Shown here one piece after another: positions 1 through 8,387 of a stretch of DNA of 64,000 nucleotides. The notes under the pieces are model-generated. The model was not told where the DNA came from, made no database searches, and saw only the letters and a program-made list of their open reading frames with translations. The stretch is from NCBI GenBank assembly GCA_963833095.1, contig CAWHWQ010000001.1, positions 512,001-576,000 of the forward strand, read 5' to 3'. The position numbers and the translations under genes were made by a program. How positions within the stretch are numbered: the stretch's first letter is position 1; each line of letters opens with the position of its first letter. The stretch is from Vulcanimicrobiota bacterium. Its GTDB lineage: Bacteria; Vulcanimicrobiota; Vulcanimicrobiia; Vulcanimicrobiales; Vulcanimicrobiaceae.

Positions 1-2
1 GC

Positions 3-221
3 TGGGGGCAGACGCTGCCGGGCGGCGATTTGATCGTCGCGTATGAGGGCAACGTACGCCAGCCCGCGGCACAAGCCGTGCCGGGCGCAGCCGGCCAGCA
101 GATCTTCATCTATCACGCCAACCGGACGGGAACCGCAACCATCGTGCTAAGCTACAGCCGCGCATTCGAACCCGACGCGCCGCCCGCGAAGACGTTGACT
201 TATACCGTCACCGTTCAGTAG
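3..221 (+). CDS. Protease inhibitor I42 (chagasin-like) domain protein, 5'-partial
   Basis: Frame is open from the window start. C-terminal pattern PGAAGQQIFIYHA..GTATIVLSYSRAFE..PAKTLTYTVTVQ matches the chagasin/ICP fold motifs (G..G, Y.RPW-like). Confidence 0.7.
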   Translation, partial: WGQTLPGGDLIVAYEGNVRQPAAQAVPGAAGQQIFIYHANRTGTATIVLSYSRAFEPDAPPAKTLTYTVTVQ

Positions 222-225
222 CGAC

Positions 226-1002
226 GTGGACGATCGTCTGTCGTACGGCTCGTACCTGAAGGTCAACGAGCTGCTCGACCTGCAAGCCCCGCTCTCTCGC
301 CCTGAGCATCACGACGAGATGCTCTTTATCATCATCCACCAAGTCTACGAGCTCTGGTTCAAGCAACTCAAGCACGAACTAGAAGCGACGATCGAAGCGC
401 TGGACCGCGATGAACTCCTTCGCGTTTCCAAGTATTTCCGCCGCGTGCACACGATTCAGCGTCTCCTCGAATCGCAAGTCGACGTGCTCGAGACGATGAC
501 GCCGCAAGAGTTCAACGCGTTTCGCGATAACCTCAATCCGGCCAGCGGATTCCAATCGATCCAATTTCGCGAAATCGAGTTTCTGTGCGGCGTGCGCCGG
601 ACCGAGACGCTCGCGCACATCCAGATGGACGACGCCCAGCGGGCGCGCTTACACGCGCTCCTCGAAGCGCCCTCGCTCTACGATCACGTCAAAGCGCTGC
701 TCGCGCGGCGCGGATTCGCGAGCGAGGCGGGCGCACCGCTCATCGAAAGCTTGCGCATGATCTACACAAACGCCGAAGCGAATTACGACCTGTATCTGCT
801 GCTCGAGGATCTGATCGAATTCGACGAGCGTTTTCTGCTCTGGCGCGGGCGCCACGTACGGATGGTCGAGCGTATGATCGGCCAGCGAACCGGCACGGGC
901 GGTTCTTCGGGTGCGCAATATCTGCAGGGCACACTGGTCCATCGCTTCTTTCCCGAACTGTGGGATGTACGCAGTTACCTCGGCAAAGGGTCCTACGCAT
1001 GA
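226..1002 (+). CDS. kynA: Tryptophan 2,3-dioxygenase
   Basis: Motifs YGSYL, HDEMLFIIIHQVYELWFK, ASGFQSIQFREIEF, RMIG..GTGGSSG. Confidence 0.95.
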   Translation: MDDRLSYGSYLKVNELLDLQAPLSRPEHHDEMLFIIIHQVYELWFKQLKHELEATIEALDRDELLRVSKYFRRVHTIQRLLESQVDVLETMTPQEFNAFRDNLNPASGFQSIQFREIEFLCGVRRTETLAHIQMDDAQRARLHALLEAPSLYDHVKALLARRGFASEAGAPLIESLRMIYTNAEANYDLYLLLEDLIEFDERFLLWRGRHVRMVERMIGQRTGTGGSSGAQYLQGTLVHRFFPELWDVRSYLGKGSYA

Positions 1003-2147
1003 GCGCAACGACGACACAGCCACGGCATCGCGAGCAGTTTCCAATTCTCGCTGACTCTGCGTATCTGGTCAGCCACTCGATGGGCGCAGCGCCGCTCGGC
1101 GCCAAGGCCGCGCTCGACACCTACTGGGACGAATGGGCGGCGAACGGCCCCGAAGCGTGGGAAGCATGGCTGCCGCGGATTGGCGCGATCGCCGACGGCA
1201 TCGGCGCGCTCATCGGCGCGCCTGCGGGCAGCATCTTTCTCGGGCCGAACGTTTCGGTGTTGCAGGCGGCGCTTGCAAGTAGCCTCGACTTCAACGACGC
1301 GCGAAACGAGGTCGTCTACGAAGCGCTGCAGTTTCCGTCGCTCACCTATGTATGGCGCGCCTGGGAGCGCTACGGCGCCCGCGTCCGCGTTGTCGATTCG
1401 CCGGACGGGCGCACGATCCCGACGGAGCGCATCATCGGCGCGATCACCGAGCGCACGGCGATCGCGGCGCTCTCGCACGCGTACTACGTCTCCGGAGCGA
1501 TCGCCGACGTGCGCGCGATCCAAGCTCACTGCCGCAAGGTCGGAGCATTGCTCTGCGTCGACGCCTATCAAACCACCGGCGTCTATCCCTACGACGTGAC
1601 CGCGTGGGATCTCGACATCGTCACCGGCGGCTCGCACAAGTGGCTGCTCGGCGGTCCCGGCTGCGGCTGGATCTACGTCAAGCCCGAATTGCGCAAGTAC
1701 CTCAATCCGGCAGTGACCGGCTGGATGGCCCACGCGCGGCCATTCAATTTTGAAGACGCACCGATTCACTACGCCGACTCGATGTATCGCTTTGGAAACG
1801 GAACGCCGACGATTCCCGGCTATGTCGTTGCGCAGGCCGGTCACCAATTGATCGCGCAGATCGGCATCCCTCGCATTCGCGAACACAACGTGCGCCTCAC
1901 GACGATGATCGCGCAGATGGCGCTTGAGCGCGGTCTGCGCGTCAACACACCGCTCGAGCCGGAGCGCCGCACGGGATGGATCGGGATCGACTTCGACGGT
2001 TCGGATCGCGCGTATCGCGAGCTAATCGCGCGACGCGTCTTTATCGATCACCGGCCGGGTTGTGGCTTACGCGTGAGCCCGCACTTCTATACCAGCGACG
2101 GCGAAATCGAACGCTTCTTCCGCGAGCTGGATGCCATTCGAAAATGA
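999..2147 (+). CDS. kynU: Kynureninase (PLP-dependent, class V aminotransferase family)
   Basis: YLVSHSMG, DAYQTTG, GGSHKWLLGGPG, TGWMAH..PF.F motifs. ATG at 999 overlaps the kynA stop (ATGA). Confidence 0.85.
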   Translation: MSATTTQPRHREQFPILADSAYLVSHSMGAAPLGAKAALDTYWDEWAANGPEAWEAWLPRIGAIADGIGALIGAPAGSIFLGPNVSVLQAALASSLDFNDARNEVVYEALQFPSLTYVWRAWERYGARVRVVDSPDGRTIPTERIIGAITERTAIAALSHAYYVSGAIADVRAIQAHCRKVGALLCVDAYQTTGVYPYDVTAWDLDIVTGGSHKWLLGGPGCGWIYVKPELRKYLNPAVTGWMAHARPFNFEDAPIHYADSMYRFGNGTPTIPGYVVAQAGHQLIAQIGIPRIREHNVRLTTMIAQMALERGLRVNTPLEPERRTGWIGIDFDGSDRAYRELIARRVFIDHRPGCGLRVSPHFYTSDGEIERFFRELDAIRK

Positions 2148-3508
2148 CCGACGCGCAGTCTATGATCGTCGATCACACCAAGATAGGCGCCGCACTGCGG
2201 CGCCTATCGCTGCCTCTTGCCGTGCAGATGCTCGGGGATCAACTTCTTGGCGCCGTTGACACGATCGCGATCGGCTATATCAGCGTCGGGGCGCTGGCCG
2301 GCGTCACGGCCGCGACCACCGTCTTCTTCACGCTGATCATGCTGCTCGGCGGCCTATGGAGCGGTCTTGGCATCATCGCGGCGCAGCGGATCGGGGCACA
2401 CGACGTCGATGGCTTCGCGCGCACGGTCCGCGCCGGTTTTGTTGTGCCTGCGATCGCCGCGGTCGCAATGACAATAGCAAGCATCCTCGGTGCGCAGCCG
2501 CTGCTTCACGCCATGCTCGGCAATTTGAGCAGCGTCCACGCCAGCGCAACCTACCTGATCCTGCGCTGCGCCTCGCTGATTCCGATCAATGTTTCAGCGA
2601 CCTTGATCGTCGGCCTCGGCTCGGCCGGCAATCGCAAGCTCGGCGTGTATCTGCTCGGCGTGATCAACCTGATCCACATCCCGCTGTTGGCGGTCCTCGC
2701 GCTGGGGTGGCTGACGCACCGGCCCCTCGGGATCGCGGGCGCGGGCATCTCGACGCTCGCCTCCGAAACGATCGCGGCCGTCTTCGCCCTGATCTACGTC
2801 GCGCGCAAACCGGTCTATCGGATCTTTGCCCAGCGCGGCGTCGATCTCGCGCTCGCGATGCGCTGCGCGTGGCTCGGCTTGCCTGAAAGCGTCTTCGGTT
2901 TTGCGATCGTTGCTCCCGACGTCGCGATCGTCGCGATGCTCGCGCCGCTGGGTTCGACGCTTGTCGCGGCATTCCGGGCGCTCAACGTCGTCTCGGATCT
3001 CACCTTCGTCGTGCCGAGCCCGCTGCAGAGCGCGACACAAACCGTGATCGGTCAGCGGATCGGGGCGCGCGACCCACAAGGCGCGCAAGAATTTCTGCGC
3101 CGGGCGCTACGAACGACGCTCGTGGTCACCACGATTGCGGGCGCGCTGGTAGCAGTTGCGGCGTGGCCGCTCGCGTTTCTCTTTACCATGAATGCCGCCG
3201 TCGCGTCGGTCGCGGCACTCCCACTCGCGCTGCACATGGTCACGATGCCGATCAAGGGATGGGCGATGGTCGCGCTCGCACCAATTCGCGCCGCCGGCGA
3301 TACGCAGTTCTCGATGGCCGTCGGGCTAGCGTGCGGATTACTCGTCTTGCCGATTGCCTGGTTCTGTATCGAGCGCGCGCATATCGGCCTCTTTGCGGTG
3401 CCGGTGGCCTGGATCATCGCGTGGAGCGTTCGCGCCGCTCTCACCGCGATCAAGTTGCGTTACGCCGCAGGCGCCTGGGCCACGTCCTCGATTGAACCGC
3501 GTCCGTAG
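2144..3508 (+). CDS. MATE family efflux transporter
   Basis: About 12 TM segments; LSLPLAVQML..VDTIAIG, AQRIGA and IGQRIGA repeats, RAAGDT. ATG overlaps the kynU stop. Confidence 0.88.
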   Translation: MTDAQSMIVDHTKIGAALRRLSLPLAVQMLGDQLLGAVDTIAIGYISVGALAGVTAATTVFFTLIMLLGGLWSGLGIIAAQRIGAHDVDGFARTVRAGFVVPAIAAVAMTIASILGAQPLLHAMLGNLSSVHASATYLILRCASLIPINVSATLIVGLGSAGNRKLGVYLLGVINLIHIPLLAVLALGWLTHRPLGIAGAGISTLASETIAAVFALIYVARKPVYRIFAQRGVDLALAMRCAWLGLPESVFGFAIVAPDVAIVAMLAPLGSTLVAAFRALNVVSDLTFVVPSPLQSATQTVIGQRIGARDPQGAQEFLRRALRTTLVVTTIAGALVAVAAWPLAFLFTMNAAVASVAALPLALHMVTMPIKGWAMVALAPIRAAGDTQFSMAVGLACGLLVLPIAWFCIERAHIGLFAVPVAWIIAWSVRAALTAIKLRYAAGAWATSSIEPRP

Positions 3509-3891
3509 CCGCCGTATGCGGCAACCAGGACGATCACCAGATGCAGCGCGATGTCCCAGCCGTAGACCGGAGCCACGCCGAAGAGCGTGCTGGTAATGGG
3601 GATGATGCCTAGGATCACGATCAACAAATAGATCCAGGCAACGCTTCGACAGTAGAAAAGCGACGACTTGAAGCGCAAGCTCGCAACCACGCCCCAGATC
3701 CCAAAGAGCAGATGCAAGACGTCGTGCGCCACGTTGACCGGAAAAACCCAAAAGAGCATGCGATACGCGATATCGAGCGTGACAACCGGAGCGTCGGGCG
3801 GTGCGCCCGGTGCAACCCACGGTAAGAGCCCCGCAACCCCGGCAACGAGAAAGAGCAGACCGAGAACGCGAGCAATGAGCGGCGCTTTCAT
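3460..3891 (-). CDS. DUF4383-like small membrane protein
   Basis: 4 TM segments; FPVNVAHDVLHLLFG and D.ALH motifs. Confidence 0.7.
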   Translation of the reverse strand: MKAPLIARVLGLLFLVAGVAGLLPWVAPGAPPDAPVVTLDIAYRMLFWVFPVNVAHDVLHLLFGIWGVVASLRFKSSLFYCRSVAWIYLLIVILGIIPITSTLFGVAPVYGWDIALHLVIVLVAAYGGYGRGSIEDVAQAPAA

Positions 3892-4694
3892 GGCGCGTCC
3901 TTATCTTCGGATGCAAGGACGCCCTGCAACTCGGCGTGGATTCGCCCGTTACTTGCAAGGATGCTGCGCGCGTCGACCTGCGCCGGATCGTCGTCGACGC
4001 GAGTGACCGTTCCGCCGGCTTCTCGCACCAAGAGCGTGCCTGCCGCGACGTCCCACGCGTGCAGATCGAATTCCCAAAAGCCGTCGAACCGTCCACACGC
4101 GGTAAAGGCGAGATCCAGCGCAGCTGAACCGTCGCGCCGAACGGCCTGCGCGAATCCCGATGCGCGCGCAAAGTACGGCGCGTTGCGTTCGAAGTCGGCC
4201 GGGTGAAAGCCGGTGCAGATCATTGCATCCGCGACGCGATCGATGCTCGATACGCGAATCGGCTCATCGCCCAAGCGCGCACCCGCGCCGCGCTCGGCGG
4301 CAAAGCATTCGTTCAGCGCCGGCGCGTACACGACGCCCGCGATCAATTCGCCCGCGCGTTCGTACGCGATCGAAACGCAGTACAGCGGATAGCCGTGCGC
4401 GTAGTTGGTGGTTCCATCGAGCGGATCGACGATCCAGCGCTCGTGGCTCGTGCCCGGCGTGCTGCCGCTCTCCTCGGCCAGAATCGCCGCCGCGGGAAAG
4501 TCCGCGCGCAGGCGCGCGATCACCGCGCGTTCGCTCGCCCGATCGGCGACGGTCACGATATCGGCGCGCCGGCCCTTCTCCTGGATTTCCAGCGGGCGAT
4601 GCGCGTGCTCGAGCAGCACGGCTGCGCCTTCGCGCGCCGCCGCGAGCGCAGCCGTTAACGGATCGGGAGCGCGCACGATGGAATGAGACCCCAC
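3888..4694 (-). CDS. suhB: Inositol monophosphatase family protein
   Basis: DIVTVAD, EE, WIVDPLDGTTNYAHG, GSAALDL, WDVAAG motifs. Start may instead be GTG at 4676. Confidence 0.9.
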   Translation of the reverse strand: MGSHSIVRAPDPLTAALAAAREGAAVLLEHAHRPLEIQEKGRRADIVTVADRASERAVIARLRADFPAAAILAEESGSTPGTSHERWIVDPLDGTTNYAHGYPLYCVSIAYERAGELIAGVVYAPALNECFAAERGAGARLGDEPIRVSSIDRVADAMICTGFHPADFERNAPYFARASGFAQAVRRDGSAALDLAFTACGRFDGFWEFDLHAWDVAAGTLLVREAGGTVTRVDDDPAQVDARSILASNGRIHAELQGVLASEDKDAP

Positions 4695-5123
4695 ATGTGG
4701 TTTAGCCTACGGATTATCATTCTTGGTCTCTGGGTTGGCGCGATGGTGGGGTTTGCCTTCGTGTTCGCGCCGATCGCGTTCGCGCACATCGGGCCGACAC
4801 CAGCCTTCGCCGCAGCGATCGCGGCTTGCGTGCAGACAATCGTTCGCGTCGGCGGGTGGATCGCCGTCGCGGCGGCGGCCATCACAGTGTTTGCCGGGCT
4901 TGAATCGCGGCGCGCCGCGGCGCTCATCGTGGGATTGCTCGCGCTCGCTATTGCATGCGGTGCATACGAGACGTCGGTCATCGTCCCGCACATGCAACAA
5001 ACGCCGCTTCTTACCCCGGCCTACGAGGCTTTGCATCGGGAAAGCAGCAGCGTCTACGGGATTGCGTTGCTCGCCGCGCTCATCGCACTCGGCGTGTGCT
5101 CGCGACGAAACGCGCGAAGTTAA
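4695..5123 (+). CDS. DUF4149-domain membrane protein
   Basis: 4 TM segments; LWVGAMVGFAFVFAPIAF and YEALHRES (F..LH..S-like) motifs. Confidence 0.7.
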   Translation: MWFSLRIIILGLWVGAMVGFAFVFAPIAFAHIGPTPAFAAAIAACVQTIVRVGGWIAVAAAAITVFAGLESRRAAALIVGLLALAIACGAYETSVIVPHMQQTPLLTPAYEALHRESSSVYGIALLAALIALGVCSRRNARS

Positions 5124-5839
5124 TTGAACAGCGTGTAGACGGCGTAGCTGGAATAGGTGCCGTCGAGGGTCGTGGCCGGAACGGTCACCGTAAGGTCGAC
5201 GCAATAGGTGGTTATTGCCGTTCCGCTAGCCAAGCCGGACCAAACGCTACCGTCATTGGCATACACGATGTACGGAGTAGACGTCGGCAGCGGCGTCGCC
5301 GAGTTCTTATAGGTGTCGTTGGCGACACCCTTACCTGGGAGCACCGACCCGCTCGACGACTTCAGATCGGTCGCGAGCCCTTCCTCCAGCGACCAAGCTG
5401 TGCTCATGTTGACCGTGACCGTCAATGCGCACGGCGGCGTCACTTTAACGGTCTGGCCCGGCGCAGCCGTGATCGTAACGTTCGGCACATTACTGACGAG
5501 GATCGTTCCTTTAGGATTGGGTGTGACCTCAGCTTGCACCAGCACCGAATGCTGGACTTGTGCCTGCGCGACGAGCGTCGAGTCGCCGTCGAAATGAATT
5601 CCCTCCGCGCGAAACCCGCGCTGGATTGACGGAACCGCGCGTCGCAGTGCGGAGGCGATCGTCATTTGCCCTGAAGCCTGGTGCGGAACGTATCCTACGG
5701 GGGTTCCGGAGACTTGCACCGTGAGGTTCAAGAGAATCTGGGCCTGCTGCGTTTGGATTGTTGCCTTCACCGGCTGCGTCAGCACGATCCCAAGAATGGC
5801 GAGCCCGAGCACGACGAGCAAGAGTTGTGCGCGTTTCAT
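5120..5839 (-). CDS. Secreted pilin-like subunit (minor pilin, Csu/WxL-like C-terminal strand)
   Basis: Signal peptide MKRAQLLLVV; beta-rich; two Cys; ends VDLTVTVPATTLDGTYSSYAVYTLFN. Start overlaps the stop of the upstream pilin. Confidence 0.6.
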   Translation of the reverse strand: MKRAQLLLVVLGLAILGIVLTQPVKATIQTQQAQILLNLTVQVSGTPVGYVPHQASGQMTIASALRRAVPSIQRGFRAEGIHFDGDSTLVAQAQVQHSVLVQAEVTPNPKGTILVSNVPNVTITAAPGQTVKVTPPCALTVTVNMSTAWSLEEGLATDLKSSSGSVLPGKGVANDTYKNSATPLPTSTPYIVYANDGSVWSGLASGTAITTYCVDLTVTVPATTLDGTYSSYAVYTLFN

Positions 5840-6511
5840 TGGCCAACCACCGTATAGACGATCCAAAGGTAGAAGTTGCCGCCGGCTCCGACGGCTACGT
5901 TGGGCACCTTAAACTGGTAATCGTAGTAGAAGTCGTTGTTTGCCGTGGCGCTCTGCGCTATAGGGTTCGGGTAGACGCCCCCGTATGTGATCGTCGCTCC
6001 AGGCGGCCCGGCGGCGTCGACATTACCGGAAACGAGACCGCTGGTGGTTGCGAAGGGAAGCCCGGGCGTGAAACCGGTGTTGGAGTCCGACGCCGCGCCG
6101 CTAGGAAGATAGTACAAATATTGTCCCGGATAAGTATCGCCGTTGCTATTGTTCGTCAGCACGGCAGCCGCTTCGCCGTAGACGTCGAAGCCGGACGGAT
6201 CGTTGGTCGTAACGTGTATGTGCGCCGCGTACTTGTAGAGATACGTGTCGCCACCGATCGTGGTGCCGAAGTCGACCGTTGCCGGTGCTCCGGGCCCATG
6301 CGTGGGCGCGGGCTGCGTGCCGAAGGTCGCGAGGACCGCACCGTAGCCGGTATAGTAGTTCGGCGTCAGCGTGAAATTGATAACCGGTAGTGCGTGCCAC
6401 TCGACGTTCACGGTGCCGGTCGCGGCTATCGCGCCGGCCGGGGACAAGATCGACGATCAACGCCATCGCGGCGAAGACCCCGCCCATCAATCCCAAAAGA
6501 TACCGTTTCAT
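5836..6511 (-). CDS. Secreted pilin-like subunit (one frameshift near 6450)
   Basis: Signal MKRYLLGLMGG (ORF 6146..6511) joins ATGTVNVEW..VDFG..YDYQFKVP..GNFYLWIVYTVVGQ (ORF 5836..6447). Confidence 0.6.
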
Positions 6512-6551
6512 CGCTAAGACCTACACGCTCCCTGTGCTCGTTTGTTGCGGG

Positions 6552-7348
6552 CTAGTGGACCTCGAAATTGATCTCGCCGCCCGTTTCCGTTTTTCCACCG
6601 TAGTCGATGGTGGCGATTGCCTGATACGTACCGGGCTCGAGTGGTTTGCCGGTAAGCTCGATCATTCGCACTCCGCCGCGCTCGACCAGCATATTATCAG
6701 GCATCGGCACCTGATATAAGACCGTTCCAGCCTTCTGCACCGTTACTTGACCGCGCAGATATTCGTGAGCATTGCCGACGTTTTTGAAGAGCACTCGGTA
6801 GACTTGACGACCTTGCGCCTTCGCACTCGTCATCTTGGTAATCGCGCCATTGACTTGCACCGTATTTGGTATGGTGATATAAAACTTCGACGCGACCCGG
6901 GCCGAGAACGCGACGCCGCCTTGGCGCCGCTCCGGCCTGGTTTGGAAGAACACTATGCCCGCGTATTCCCCCGAGAGTTTGTCGTCAGACGGCACTGCGA
7001 TCGTGAGCTGCACTTGCTGCGACGTCCCCGCGGGGATGTCGAATTCGCGCGGCCGGATCGATCCCCAGCGGAGCAACGAGTACTCGCTGGTGCCGATCTT
7101 TTCGAACTCGTAGTTCCCGCCTTGCGAGAGCGAGAAATCCGATAGGGACGCCAGGATGTGGACCGAGTTCGTGGTAGTGTTGGCGACCGTTACCGGTACG
7201 TTATAGGTGGTTCCGAGCGGGATAGAAGCTTCGAATTTCCCCGGGGTTACCGTGATACCGAGTCCGATGGTATCCCCGGTTGCCGTCATCGCGCCAAAGA
7301 GGATGGCGAGTGCGACGAGTAACGAAGTAGGCGATTGAACTGCAGCAT
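6552..7348 (-). CDS. Periplasmic pilus-assembly chaperone (PapD/FimC-like, DUF916-like)
   Basis: ITVTPGKFE..V.VAN, W..IRPREFDIPAGTSQQV.LTIAVP..GEYAGIVFF, FKNVGNAH, L.PGTY.A: two Ig-like domains. ATG 7348 follows a GGGAG SD; probable frameshift within the signal peptide. Confidence 0.65.
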
Positions 7349-7357
7349 ATCCCAACT

Positions 7358-7397
7358 CCCTTCGCCGCGGAGCGTTGTCCGGTCCCGCGACGAAGGG
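7358..7397 (-). promoter_or_regulatory. 13-bp stem-loop between major pilin and chaperone, overlapping the chaperone SD
   Basis: Minus strand CCCTTCGTCGCGG-N14-CCGCGGCGAAGGG (one G-U pair), followed by AGTTGGGATATG. Confidence 0.6.
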
Positions 7398-7413
7398 CGC
7401 TCTTCCTCTTATC

Positions 7414-8136
7414 CTAGTTCTGGTGAGCGTGTAGGTCAGCGGTACGTTCTGCGCGCCGCTCGATTTGCGGTCGCCATGTTGAGCTGGACGTCTGAGTTGA
7501 GGTCCGAGCCAGTCGTCGCCTTGGTCAGCGCCAGAAGTGGCGCGGATGACGTGGTCACGGCCGTACCCGAGGTGCACGCGGTCGTGCTGTTCATCGAGAT
7601 TGCCGCCGCGCGGGCTGAGGCAGTCCACGCCGTGTTACCGGTGGTGTTCCACACGCCATCGGGCAGGATGCAGAGGAGCGACGCCGTTGCCGGCCGGTCG
7701 TAGTCTGTCGGCACGTCGGAGCGCCCGAGGCCTGAACGGTCAGGTTCGCGCCAAGGCTGTCATTGGTGACGATATAGGCGTCGATCGGCGTTGATTTCGA
7801 GGCAGTTGGTATAGCGGCGCTGTCTGCGGCACGAAACCGAAGTTGACGACGGGTGGCCCATGAGCCGTTAACGCCGCCGCCGTCTTTACCGGCAGCGTGG
7901 CCGAGCTGTTGCACGTGACGTGCTGCCGGCCGGGCTGTGGCCAGAAGATGTCGTTGGCAGCAGGCGTGACCGTAGGTCTGCGAGGCCGTCGTCTGAGTGT
8001 ACATCGTGATGGTCGCCGTAATGGCGTAGTTCCATTCGACGTTGACCGTTCCGGTCGGGGCCACGGCCAGAGCCGGGGCTGCGGTTGAGAGAAGAGCGCC
8101 CAGTGTGAGCAGCGCTGCGATGCGTTTAATGTTCAT
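7414..8136 (-). CDS. Probable major pilin subunit (frameshifted)
   Basis: Signal MNIKRIAALLTLGALLSTAAPALA, then VAPTGTVNVEW. Fragments in several frames end ..GAQNVPLTYTLT.N-TAG at 7414. Has its own promoter and an AAAGGA SD. Confidence 0.6.
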
Positions 8137-8198
8137 GATCCTTTCACCGTATGCGCGAGAGTTGCCATCCATGGCGAGGATTAGTAGGTACATAGAAC

Positions 8199-8225
8199 TT
8201 ATCGGCAGCCTTAAGCCCCTGGTTA
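8199..8225 (-). promoter_or_regulatory. Sigma-28 (FliA/SigD)-type promoter for the major pilin
   Basis: TAAC-N15-GCCGATAA versus consensus TAAA-N15-GCCGATAA. Confidence 0.7.
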
Positions 8226-8323
8226 GTAGCTGTGCGTGCAGGGGGCGTTAAGAAATGCCTAGAGGTTCGGTAAAGAAGCGCGGACCCGCGATTTCGCGGC
8301 ATTTGTGCGCATAAACACTGCGC

Positions 8324-8358
8324 AAAGGAAAAGGCGCCGCGCAATATCGCGACGCCTT
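8324..8358 (-). terminator. Rho-independent terminator after the large adhesin gene
   Basis: AAGGCGTCGCG-ATATTG-CGCGGCGCCTT followed by TTCCTTT. Confidence 0.65.
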
Positions 8359-8387
8359 GGTTTACACGTGGCGGAAAAAACTTTAGC

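Noticed and set aside
585..998. Long N-terminal extensions of ORFs (e.g. 585..2147, 1976..3508, 20550..22829, 27561..29279, 53898..55640) and the many Arg/Ala-rich antisense ORFs
   Set aside because: Shadow frames of high-GC coding DNA; family homology begins at downstream starts that overlap or closely follow neighbouring genes.
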